A DNA stretch of 49,271 bases from an uncultured Candidatus Saccharibacteria bacterium (GCA_964607805.1 CAZSLF010000005.1:1-49271), one strand, 5' to 3'; positions 37,383 to 44,962 are shown, numbered from the stretch's first letter. Translations and numbers: made by a program. Notes: generated from the sequence alone by a model not told the origin.

Positions 37383-38018
37383 ATGTTGAAACTTAAAACA
37401 GAAGCACGAGTTGCTGGTGGTAAGCGAATTGTAGGGTCAATCCCTGCGGTTGTTTATGGTCCTAAAATTGATACAAAGTCTATTACTATCCCTTCAGCTG
37501 ATTTCCAGAAGCTTTGGAAGTCTGCAGGTGAATCTACTGTAATTACTCTTGAGAACTCAGAGGGTAATCAGGACGTCTTAATCCACGAAATCAAGAGAAA
37601 TCCTGTAAATGAAGCTATTATCCATGTTGACTTCTATGCAGTTGATCAGAATAAGACAGTAAGTATCAATATTCCAATTGAATTCGTAGGAACTGCTCCT
37701 GCTGTTAAGGAATTTGGTGGTGTATTCATGAAAATCGCTCACGAAATCGGTATCGAAGCTCTTCCAAAGGATCTTCCTCACGGAATTGAAGTTGATATTT
37801 CAGGACTTGTTGCTCTTGAAGATCAAATCAAAGCATCTGATATCAAACTTCCATCTGGAGTATCTCTAACCGTTGATCCTGAAGAAGTTATTGCCCTTGT
37901 TACTGCTGCTAAGGAAGAAGTTGAAGAGGCTCCAACAGAAATCGACATGTCTGCTATCGAACTTTCAGAAAAGAAAGGTAAGAAAGAAGAAGAGGGTGGC
38001 GAAGCTGCTGCTGAATAA
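37383..38018 (+). CDS. rplY: 50S ribosomal protein bL25 (Ctc-type, long)
   Basis: IPAVVYG, HVDFY, IPIEFVG..PAVK.FGG, LP..IEVDIS.L and an acidic tail. Confidence 0.95.
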   Translation: MLKLKTEARVAGGKRIVGSIPAVVYGPKIDTKSITIPSADFQKLWKSAGESTVITLENSEGNQDVLIHEIKRNPVNEAIIHVDFYAVDQNKTVSINIPIEFVGTAPAVKEFGGVFMKIAHEIGIEALPKDLPHGIEVDISGLVALEDQIKASDIKLPSGVSLTVDPEEVIALVTAAKEEVEEAPTEIDMSAIELSEKKGKKEEEGGEAAAE

Positions 38019-38072
38019 GCCAGACACAGAGCCATATCTTTGGCTGTTGAATTTAAATAAATTATCTCAAAT

Positions 38073-38113
38073 AAAAACCTCTCAGTATCCTCTGGATTAA
38101 CTGGGAGGTTTTT
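38073..38113 (+). terminator. Intrinsic terminator after rplY
   Basis: AAAAACCTCTCAGT...ACTGGGAGGTTTTT stem (one G-U) with inner ATCC/GGAT. Confidence 0.7.
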
Positions 38114-38137
38114 ATGTTTTTTGATACAATAAGTGAC

Positions 38138-39538
38138 ATGTTGTCTCATTTTCGAGCTAAATTTAGTATTAAAAAAATATTTGTTTTGTCTATGCTCACA
38201 CTTTGCTTAGTGAGTGTTTTAGTGGGTTCTTTTTCTATCGGAACAAAATCCGCTTTAGCTCAAACTACAAATGCTAATGGTTTAACTCCAGAGCAAGAAG
38301 CTGCACTTCGCGCGGAATTGGCAGATGTTGAGAATCAGATCAAGGAGCAGTCAAAAATTCTAGATGCCAAAAAGGGAGAAGGAACGTCGATTGCGCGAGA
38401 TATCGCCATTCTCAATGCTCAAATTAAAACTGCTCAACTAAAAATCCGATCTCATGAGCTTTCAATTAATAAATTAGGAAAGGATATTACAGTTAAATCA
38501 AATACAATTAAGTCGCTTAACGAAAGAATTGACGATGGAAAAGTTTCTCTTGCTGATGTTGTTCAAAGAACTAGGGAAATGGACGACTTCACCCTAATCG
38601 AAGCTATGTTAAGCAATCAAGATGTTTCTGAATTCTTCGTCGATGTTGATTCATATACATCTATCAAAAAATCTCTTCAAGTAAAATTGGCAGATGTTCG
38701 CGATGCTAAATCTCAGAACGAAACTGCTAAAAAAGAGCTTGATCAAAAGCGAAATCAAGAAATTGATTTGAAAGTAAATGTTGAGGCTGAGCAAGCAAAA
38801 ATTAAAGTGGCAGAAGCAGAAAAGAAGAGGCTTCAGACTTTAAATAAAAATGAGCAGTTGAATTATCAGACTGTAATTCAAAACAAGCAGGCGAGAGCAA
38901 CACAAATTAGAAATCAACTTTTCAAATTGCGTGATGCTGAAGCTATCAAATTCGGAGACGCTGTAACTTTGGCTAAGAAAGCATCAGCTGCAACTGGTGT
39001 TCGCGCAGCATATATTCTCGCTATTATTCAACAAGAAAGTAATCTTGGTGCGAACGTTGGCCAGTGTTATCTAACTGACGCTACAACAGGTGCAGGAGTC
39101 GGAAAAAATTCAGGAAAAGTTTTCTCAAATCTTATGAAAGCTAGTCGAGATGTGCAACCTTTTATGCGAATTACGCAGGCACTAGGCCGTGATCCATATA
39201 AGACAGTCGTATCTTGTCCTCTTAGTGTTGGTTATGGAGGGGCAATGGGTCCCGCGCAGTTTATTCCATCTACATGGGCACTCTTCGAAACTAAAATCGC
39301 AGCCCAGGTTGGACGACCAGCCTCTGACCCTTGGAACCCTGAGGACGCCTTCATGGCCTCTGGTATGTATCTTGCTGACTTAGGTGCCGCTAGTCAGTCT
39401 TTCACTTCTGAGCGAAACGCTGCTTGTAGATACTATTCAGGACGATCATGTTCAGGAAATAGTACTTTCTATGGGGATCAGGTTATGGCGAGGGTAAAGT
39501 CTATTCAAGACAACATAGACATTCTACAAAACTTGTAG
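38138..39538 (+). CDS. Secreted coiled-coil protein with C-terminal lytic murein transglycosylase (MltB/SLT_2-like)
   Basis: Signal/TM segment, long PcsB-like coiled coil, then AI..QESN.G, GGAMGPAQFIPSTW, DPWNPEDA, Y.S...YG..V. Start placed 7 nt after TG-A-TACAAT. Confidence 0.88.
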   Translation: MLSHFRAKFSIKKIFVLSMLTLCLVSVLVGSFSIGTKSALAQTTNANGLTPEQEAALRAELADVENQIKEQSKILDAKKGEGTSIARDIAILNAQIKTAQLKIRSHELSINKLGKDITVKSNTIKSLNERIDDGKVSLADVVQRTREMDDFTLIEAMLSNQDVSEFFVDVDSYTSIKKSLQVKLADVRDAKSQNETAKKELDQKRNQEIDLKVNVEAEQAKIKVAEAEKKRLQTLNKNEQLNYQTVIQNKQARATQIRNQLFKLRDAEAIKFGDAVTLAKKASAATGVRAAYILAIIQQESNLGANVGQCYLTDATTGAGVGKNSGKVFSNLMKASRDVQPFMRITQALGRDPYKTVVSCPLSVGYGGAMGPAQFIPSTWALFETKIAAQVGRPASDPWNPEDAFMASGMYLADLGAASQSFTSERNAACRYYSGRSCSGNSTFYGDQVMARVKSIQDNIDILQNL

Positions 39539-39542
39539 CAAT

Positions 39543-39606
39543 AAAACTTATACCTTATAAAATCTAACGCATTTCACCGAATTAGATTTTATAAGGTATA
39601 AGTTTT
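39543..39606. repeat. Perfect palindrome P1 (25-bp arms, 14-nt loop)
   Basis: AAAACTTATACCTTATAAAATCTAA-CGCATTTCACCGAA-TTAGATTTTATAAGGTATAAGTTTT. Confidence 0.95.
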
Positions 39607-39779
39607 TTGCACAGTTTTGTACATACATGTTGTCTTGGATAGATTTATGCTCGACTTGTTAGTTTAGATAGTTCCGCGTAGGTGAGCAGTCGTGCGCTCG
39701 GGGAAGCCGCGAGCTTGCGGAGATGTGGTAAATATGCGAATGTAATTGTCATAACTAAGCGCCGCGCCAAAACCTGTTT

Positions 39780-39849
39780 TGCATTAATTATACTATCAAA
39801 AATATAATTCGGTGGAACACGTTATATTTTTGATAGTATAATTAATGCA
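39780..39849. repeat. Perfect palindrome P2 (28-bp arms, 14-nt loop), inverted homologue of P1
   Basis: TGCATTAATTATACTATCAAAAATATAA-TTCGGTGGAACACG-TTATATTTTTGATAGTATAATTAATGCA. Confidence 0.95.
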
Positions 39850-39852
39850 CCA

Positions 39853-40638
39853 ATGACTAAAGAATTCTGGAACAAAGAATATAAAGACCCACAGCATTTG
39901 ACTATGAGTAAGGAGCCAGCTTCTGATCTTTTAGATTTTGTAAAATGGGCGAAGAGGAACGCAGAGTGGCCAGCTTTTCCAAAGCATGGAACTATTGTTG
40001 ATATTGGTTGTGGAAACGGTCGCAATCTAGTGCCTCTTTGTCTTGAATTTAATATGAACGGACTAGGCACAGATATTTCAGACGTTGCACTTTCGCAGGC
40101 TAAAAATATGATTGCTGAAACTCGCGCAGAACTTGAAGCAGAAGGTATTAAATCAAATCCTGGACTAAAAATTGAATTTAAAAGACAGGGCGCTGAAGAA
40201 CCTATCGATATGCCGGACCAAAGTGTCGATGTTGTTTTTGATATGATGGTTTCTCATCAATTGCCTAAGGCTGATCGCGAAGCGCTTGCTCGCGAGATTG
40301 CACGACTCGTAAAACCTTATGGTTGGTTATTTTTCAAAACATTTATTTTAGATGGTGATATAAACGCTCGTCGCATGATTGAAGAACATACAATTACGAA
40401 CGAAGCGATTTTAAAAAATCCAAAACTTGCAGATGAAGACGGTAAGCCAGAAAAAAATTCATATATTCATCCGCATACTCGTGGTATGGAGCATGTGTAT
40501 AGTGAAGATGAAATAATTGAGCTATTTAGTCCATTTTTCAAAATTTTTAAAATGAAGAAATCTTACAAACATGTTCTCGACGGCAAACCTCATAAAAGAA
40601 GGACGGTTTCGGTGTATATGGAGAGGTTGAGGGATTAA
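39853..40638 (+). CDS. Class I SAM-dependent methyltransferase
   Basis: VDIGCGNGRN, G.DIS, D.VFD.MVSH, L.KP.GWLFFK. Confidence 0.88.
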   Translation: MTKEFWNKEYKDPQHLTMSKEPASDLLDFVKWAKRNAEWPAFPKHGTIVDIGCGNGRNLVPLCLEFNMNGLGTDISDVALSQAKNMIAETRAELEAEGIKSNPGLKIEFKRQGAEEPIDMPDQSVDVVFDMMVSHQLPKADREALAREIARLVKPYGWLFFKTFILDGDINARRMIEEHTITNEAILKNPKLADEDGKPEKNSYIHPHTRGMEHVYSEDEIIELFSPFFKIFKMKKSYKHVLDGKPHKRRTVSVYMERLRD

Positions 40639-40792
40639 ATTGTTGTTAGTGCGCTCAGTTTTTGTTTAGGGTACAATTAAGTTGTAAGATCTTTTCATCA
40701 TCTACCACCCTAATTCATTCAACGATTGACTCACAAACCAACATCCACTAACTAGATTTTTATCTAGTAAACAATCAACAACCCAACCCTGT

Positions 40793-41491
40793 TTGTATAT
40801 GAAATGTTTTGTAGAAAGAAAGACTGGATTTTTGATTCACGAGAAAGTGAGATCGGTAAAGTATGACCCCAACGACCCGACACCACAAAATGTTGAATTC
40901 GTATTGCCTAAACCAGGACTGGTGAACAGTGCGGGTATATGGAAAACCCATAGATTTTTGTGCAGTGGTCTTGCGCTGCGTGCCATGCAAAGTCTCCCGA
41001 AAAGGGATGTGCCAGAGCCCTATACATTGGTCGGTATTGATCCTGGTGTGAAGGCACGTAAACATTGCAGTTTTGCGGCGAAGGATCTAAGAGAGCTTAT
41101 CGCCGTTCCGACTCTGGAGAGTTGGGAAAGAAGATTTGGTGTGAGGACCAAAAGACATCAATTCGATTTTTGCTCCCCTCATGACATAGTCGATATGGTG
41201 CTTCTGGGTAAATTACCAATTCTGATGGATGAACTTTCGGGAAGCACGGTATTCTTCGCACCGCCTGTGTGTTTGGACAGTATCAACTATTTGTTCGAAT
41301 TGAAAAGCGAGCCAGTTGCTGACGACCCCTCAGCCAAGCCCTTAACGAAATTGAGTCTGCTTGCCATAACTGGTGATCATATTCTGTCTTCTGACATTAG
41401 TTTCGTGGTGCGTCATGTGCCACGAGTGAGGTCGATGACTAGTGTAACTAGGTTTGCGAAGCTCCCTGTCGCTACCAGTCATGCCGCTTGA
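40793..41491 (+). CDS. Hypothetical protein (orphan, higher GC)
   Basis: 232-aa ORF with its own upstream TACAAT and A/C-rich leader, and a downstream terminator; no recognisable family. Confidence 0.7.
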   Translation: MYMKCFVERKTGFLIHEKVRSVKYDPNDPTPQNVEFVLPKPGLVNSAGIWKTHRFLCSGLALRAMQSLPKRDVPEPYTLVGIDPGVKARKHCSFAAKDLRELIAVPTLESWERRFGVRTKRHQFDFCSPHDIVDMVLLGKLPILMDELSGSTVFFAPPVCLDSINYLFELKSEPVADDPSAKPLTKLSLLAITGDHILSSDISFVVRHVPRVRSMTSVTRFAKLPVATSHAA

Positions 41492-41511
41492 TTTTTTGGT
41501 GGTTTTTTTCG

Positions 41512-41547
41512 AACCCTCTTGCCAGTAGGCGGGAGGGTTTTGTCTTT
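41512..41547 (+). terminator. Intrinsic terminator
   Basis: AACCCTCTTGCC-AGTA-GGCGGGAGGGTT followed by TTGTCTTT. Confidence 0.75.
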
Positions 41548-41557
41548 GTCGGTACTG

Positions 41558-41585
41558 TTGACATTTTAAGTGTGTGGTGTAATTT
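41558..41585 (+). promoter_or_regulatory. sigma70-type promoter
   Basis: TTGACA, 16 nt, TAATTT. Confidence 0.5.
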
Positions 41586-41637
41586 AATATCGACTGTACA
41601 ATTCAAAAATAGAAACAATCAACCCGAGGAAAATAAT

Positions 41638-42063
41638 ATGTTTACATTAAGTCCTGGTGACACTATCGAAATGATTGGGATTTTTTCAGGTAATTGGACC
41701 ACTGGCCTAAAAGGGATGGTTAATGCCCCCAATGGTATCAATGCTGTAATCAAATTGCGTGCCTGTCTGGAAGCTTTGCTCAAGAAGATTGATGCAGCTA
41801 TGACCGACCTAATTCTGAAGGAGGGGGACGATGCCAATGCTGATCTCACTAATTGGGCAGCAAGAGTTGACTCTTGCCGAAGGATGTTCGATATCCTCGA
41901 CAAAAATATTCCTTTCGCTGGTAAGCGCCAGTGGAATGATGATGAGGTTTCGCAAGCTCTTGGATTCGTTAAGGCGGTCTGCGAGGGAGCAACATTGACC
42001 CTGTGGCATAACGGCATTGATCTCGACCAAGGTACTGAAAAAAAGCAGCCCGCCACTGTATAA
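41638..42063 (+). CDS. Hypothetical protein (141 aa, orphan, higher GC)
   Basis: Start placed at MFTLSPG, preceded by GAGG 8 nt upstream; the longer ORF-track start would cross a terminator and a promoter. Confidence 0.7.
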   Translation: MFTLSPGDTIEMIGIFSGNWTTGLKGMVNAPNGINAVIKLRACLEALLKKIDAAMTDLILKEGDDANADLTNWAARVDSCRRMFDILDKNIPFAGKRQWNDDEVSQALGFVKAVCEGATLTLWHNGIDLDQGTEKKQPATV

Positions 42064-42074
42064 ATTGGCTATCG

Positions 42075-42114
42075 AAGTCTGTGTACACGTTCAAATCGTG
42101 GCACAGGCTTTTTT
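42075..42114 (+). terminator. Intrinsic terminator with a T-loop-like apex
   Basis: AAGTCTGTGT-A-CACG-TTCAAAT-CGTG-GCACAGGCTT followed by TTTT. Confidence 0.75.
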
Positions 42115-42234
42115 GTTACCTAAACTTAGCCCGTTTGCCTAAAAACCCACCCTATGATATAAACTATGGACCAAAAGGCTATGTTTTTCGCCTCAAAAAA
42201 GGTAGTAAAGCAGTAAAAAAGCCCTAGAAATAAC

Positions 42235-42483
42235 ATGAAAGCAGAAATCCATCCAAAATATAATAACGAAACAAAGTTCACATGTGCATGTGGATCAGTA
42301 TTCACTATGGGTTCAACAAAGGAGACAGTAGCAGTTGAAATCTGCTCAAAGTGTCATCCATTTTATACTGGAAATGAAAAGGTACTAGACACAGCTGGAC
42401 GAGTAGAAAAGTTCAATAAGGCACGAGCGGCTAGTAAGGAAAAGAAGGACGCTAAAAGCGCAAAGGACGGAGCAAAGAAATAA
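42235..42483 (+). CDS. rpmE: 50S ribosomal protein bL31 (zinc-binding type)
   Basis: [34 protein letters not shown]. Confidence 0.97.
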   Translation: MKAEIHPKYNNETKFTCACGSVFTMGSTKETVAVEICSKCHPFYTGNEKVLDTAGRVEKFNKARAASKEKKDAKSAKDGAKK

Positions 42484-42633
42484 CTAGGTTGAAGAAAGCA
42501 GGAAAAATCGCTTGAAAGGAAAAAGAGCGATACACCTGCTTTTTTCTTTTGCCGCGGAAGGCAGCACTAGTTTGGATAAATGCTAGAATATAAGAAAACA
42601 CAGAAACTAAAATATTCCTCAAATATAAATAAA

Positions 42634-43626
42634 ATGATTGATTCGGAAACATTAAAACAATATAAAGAAAATTATAAGACAAGCTACTTCGCAACGGAGT
42701 ACGAGCGTGTTTTGGCTGAGAAAAATGATCTTGAGGCGCTCTTAGGTGATCCGGCTATGGCAGACCTTGCAAAGGAAGAATCAAAAACAATCGAAGAACA
42801 GCTCAAATCTATTGAAGATAAACTTCAAGATATTATGAAGGAAGAGGAAAAAGCGGATGAGTATCCAAATGAAATTGTACTCGAAGTTCGTGCGGGTGCA
42901 GGAGGAGAAGAAGCTTCACTTTTCGCCGAACAATTGGCTAGTCTCTACAAAGGCTTCGCAGCTCTTGAAGGTTGGGGATATAGAGAGGTTGATGTATCTG
43001 AAAGTGATCTCGGAGGATACAAAGAAGCCTCTTTCGAATTTAGAGGTCAGGAAATTTATAAATATTTTAAATATGAAATGGGTGTTCACAGAGTACAGCG
43101 TGTTCCTGCTACAGAAAAGTCAGGGCGAGTTCATACTTCGACGGTGACTGTGGCCATTCTCCCAATTAGAAAAAAGGTTACTGTTGACGTAAATCCTGCT
43201 GATATTGAAATGGAACTCTCACGTTCAGGCGGCGCCGGGGGGCAAAACGTAAACAAAGTAGAAACTGCTGTGCGTTTGATTCACAAACCAACTGGTATTG
43301 ATGTGCGATGTACTTCTGAGCGAAGCCAGCTTAAAAATCGTGAAAAAGCTATGTCAATTTTGATGGCTAAATTGCAATTGAGAAAAGAAGAGGAGGAAGC
43401 GAGTAAGTTTTCATCTGATAGAAAATCTCAGGTAGGAACTGGAAGCAGATCTGAAAAGATTCGAACATATAATATTCTTCAGGATCGAATTACTGATCAC
43501 CGAATAAAGCAATCTTGGCATAACCTACCAAATATTATGCTTGGAAACATTCGACCAATTATCGATGCTTTGATTGAAGCTGATGCGGCTGGAACTATTG
43601 GAGGAGGGGATGATGGGGATGAGTAA
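42634..43626 (+). CDS. prfA: Peptide chain release factor 1
   Basis: [23 protein letters not shown] (PxT = RF1), [20 protein letters not shown]. Start placed at MIDSE. Confidence 0.95.
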   Translation: MIDSETLKQYKENYKTSYFATEYERVLAEKNDLEALLGDPAMADLAKEESKTIEEQLKSIEDKLQDIMKEEEKADEYPNEIVLEVRAGAGGEEASLFAEQLASLYKGFAALEGWGYREVDVSESDLGGYKEASFEFRGQEIYKYFKYEMGVHRVQRVPATEKSGRVHTSTVTVAILPIRKKVTVDVNPADIEMELSRSGGAGGQNVNKVETAVRLIHKPTGIDVRCTSERSQLKNREKAMSILMAKLQLRKEEEEASKFSSDRKSQVGTGSRSEKIRTYNILQDRITDHRIKQSWHNLPNIMLGNIRPIIDALIEADAAGTIGGGDDGDE

Positions 43627-43700
43627 TTTTTGGCAAATGGGGGGGGCGACAAGTCTAAGTAAGTAAAGTGTGAGCCAACAAAATTATAAAGAATTTATGA

Positions 43701-43778
43701 AATTTAGGCTCTCAAGTTTCCATTTTCTAAATGAGACTGAGTCGCATTTAGAAAATGGAGTTTAAAGAGTTTGAAATT
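43701..43778 (+). other. Long imperfect RNA hairpin downstream of prfA
   Basis: Perfect 15-bp core (43719-43733/43745-43759) extended by stems with G-U pairs that work only on the plus strand. Confidence 0.6.
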
Positions 43779-43796
43779 GATTATTTCTTCATCTAC

Positions 43797-43835
43797 AAAA
43801 AAGCAAAACCGCCCGGCGCTTGAAGCGCGGGGCGG
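43797..43835 (-). terminator. Intrinsic terminator of the 42-aa sORF transcript
   Basis: GC-rich stem CCGCCC.GCGCT-TGA-AGCGC.GGGCGG; on the minus strand it is followed by TTTTGCTTTTTT. Confidence 0.85.
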
Positions 43836-43851
43836 GGTTGGATCGGACCGA

Positions 43852-43980
43852 TCAGCATCCGCCGGTGTCGGCGCCATGCTTGTCCTGTTCCTGAGTAGGC
43901 TCCCAAGGGGCGCCTAAACTGACTGTGTCGATATTGTCGGCAGAGTCGATGCCGGCAAGTTGAATGTCGTCAATTTCCAT
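43852..43980 (-). CDS. 42-aa acidic peptide ending in Gly-Gly-Cys
   Basis: MEIDDIQLAGIDSADNIDTVSLGAPWEPTQEQDKHGADTGGC*. 26 of 42 codons end in G/C and all 7 Asp are GAC. Bracketed by a promoter and a terminator. Confidence 0.7.
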   Translation of the reverse strand: MEIDDIQLAGIDSADNIDTVSLGAPWEPTQEQDKHGADTGGC

Positions 43981-44055
43981 GTGCGTGGTCAGTCTGCGGG
44001 TTAACAGGCATCAGAATTGTCAGAAGCACCGCCTGTATTAAGTGCATCTGGGTAA

Positions 44056-44083
44056 ATTATATCACTGTTCTAGGGGCTGTCAA
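44056..44083 (-). promoter_or_regulatory. Consensus sigma70 promoter for the sORF
   Basis: Minus strand TTGACA, 16 nt (ending TGA), TATAAT. Confidence 0.85.
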
Positions 44084-44166
44084 TAGCACCAAACCAACCT
44101 TGTGTATAGCCATTTCCCAGCAAAAAACCGTCTAGTTAACTATAGCGCCAAGCCTGCCGGAACCCC

Positions 44167-44195
44167 TTGCCCTAAGGCTTCTCCTATGCTAACCT
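44167..44195 (+). promoter_or_regulatory. Promoter of rpsB
   Basis: TTGCCC, 17 nt (ending TG-C), TAACCT; 11 nt before the ATG at 44207. Confidence 0.55.
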
Positions 44196-44206
44196 TGTCC
44201 TTATCT

Positions 44207-44962
44207 ATGTCAGCGAAAACAGAATCAAATTCAATCAAAAACAAGGCTGTTGAAGCCATGTTTAAAGTTGGTGCCCACTATGGCTTCATCAAGTCTAGAC
44301 GTCATCCAACTATAAAACCATTTATTTTCGGTACTAAAAACAAAGTTGAAATTTTCGACCTTGAAAAAACAGACGCTCAGCTAGAAGCGGCTCTTGCCTT
44401 TGTTTCAAAAGTTGCATCAACTGGACGACAAGTACTTTTCCTTGGTGGTAAAAGTGAAGCGCGATCTATTGTAAAGAAAGCTGCAGAATCAGTTGATCAG
44501 CCATATGTTGCTAGTCGATGGATTGGAGGAACTTTCACAAACTTCGAAATTATTCGAAAGCGAGTTGAAAAACTTCTTGATCTACGATCTCAGCGAGAAA
44601 AGGGTGAACTTAATAAGTACACAAAACGAGAAAGACTTTTGATTGATAAGGATATTGAAAGACTTGAATATCTTTTCGATGGTATTTCATCTATGAACCA
44701 TCTTCCTGGAGCAATCTTTATTGTTGATTCAAAGAAAGAATATATTGCTGTAAACGAAGCTCGAGACAAAAATATCCCAGTAATTGCACTTTGTGGATCT
44801 GACTGTGATATCAATCAAGTACAGTACCCAGTAGTTGCAAACGATACAGCAATCGACAGTATCAATTACTTCACAGCTAAGGTTGCAGAAGCATATGCTG
44901 AAGGCAAGAAGCTTGTAAACGCTCCTAAGGAGGCTCCACGAGCTCCAGAAGTAGCTAGATAA
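44207..44962 (+). CDS. rpsB: 30S ribosomal protein uS2
   Basis: MFKVGAHYG, IFDLEKT, RWIGGTFTNF, LPGAIFIVD, EA....IPVIAL..SDCD, ANDTA..S. Confidence 0.97.
   Translation: MSAKTESNSIKNKAVEAMFKVGAHYGFIKSRRHPTIKPFIFGTKNKVEIFDLEKTDAQLEAALAFVSKVASTGRQVLFLGGKSEARSIVKKAAESVDQPYVASRWIGGTFTNFEIIRKRVEKLLDLRSQREKGELNKYTKRERLLIDKDIERLEYLFDGISSMNHLPGAIFIVDSKKEYIAVNEARDKNIPVIALCGSDCDINQVQYPVVANDTAIDSINYFTAKVAEAYAEGKKLVNAPKEAPRAPEVAR

Larger units (their letters stand above)
39543..39850. mobile_element. Putative non-autonomous element delimited by palindromes P1 and P2
   Basis: Two homologous hairpin ends in inverted orientation enclose a GC-rich core with small hairpins; CAAT occurs on both flanks. No transposase in the window, so mobility is only inferred. 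Confidence 0.4.

Noticed and set aside
39563-39580. On the minus strand, P1 reads CGGTGAAATGCGTTAGAT, close to the 16S rRNA helix-23 loop sequence CGGTGAAATGCGTAGAT
   Set aside because: The match is short and needs a 1-nt gap, the flanks are not rRNA-like, and the homologous P2 loop breaks the closing pair. Not called an rRNA fragment.
39543-39849. P1 and P2 as integron attC sites or CRISPR repeats
   Set aside because: There are no outward RYYYAAC/GTTRRRY cores or extrahelical bases, only two copies in inverted orientation, no spacer periodicity, and no intI or cas genes.
41027-41050. LVGIDPG motif in the 232-aa orphan, suggesting a RuvC/RNase H-like nuclease
   Set aside because: It lies mid-protein and I could not place the other catalytic acidic residues. 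A single motif is not enough.
42166-42216. 16-codon ORF (MDQKAMFFASKKVVKQ) upstream of rpmE as a leader peptide
   Set aside because: It has no attenuator structure or telling codon run; ORFs this short are expected by chance.
43639-43646. G8 homopolymer after prfA as a phase-variation tract
   Set aside because: It is intergenic, sits in only a 9-codon ORF and is not in an identifiable promoter.
43852-43980. Resemblance of the 42-aa peptide to Pup (EIDD, QEQ, C-terminal GG-X) or to a tmRNA tag
   Set aside because: The motif order differs from Pup, the end is Cys rather than Gln or Glu, no pafA/dop/proteasome genes are present, and there are no tmRNA ends or ALAA-type tail.
9751-44206. Longer ORF-track starts for the rfbH-like gene, secA, AI-2E, MYG1, fba, the lytic transglycosylase, the 41488 orphan, prfA and rpsB
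   Set aside because: The extensions run through predicted promoters, terminators or upstream genes and do not resemble the families, so downstream ATGs were chosen.
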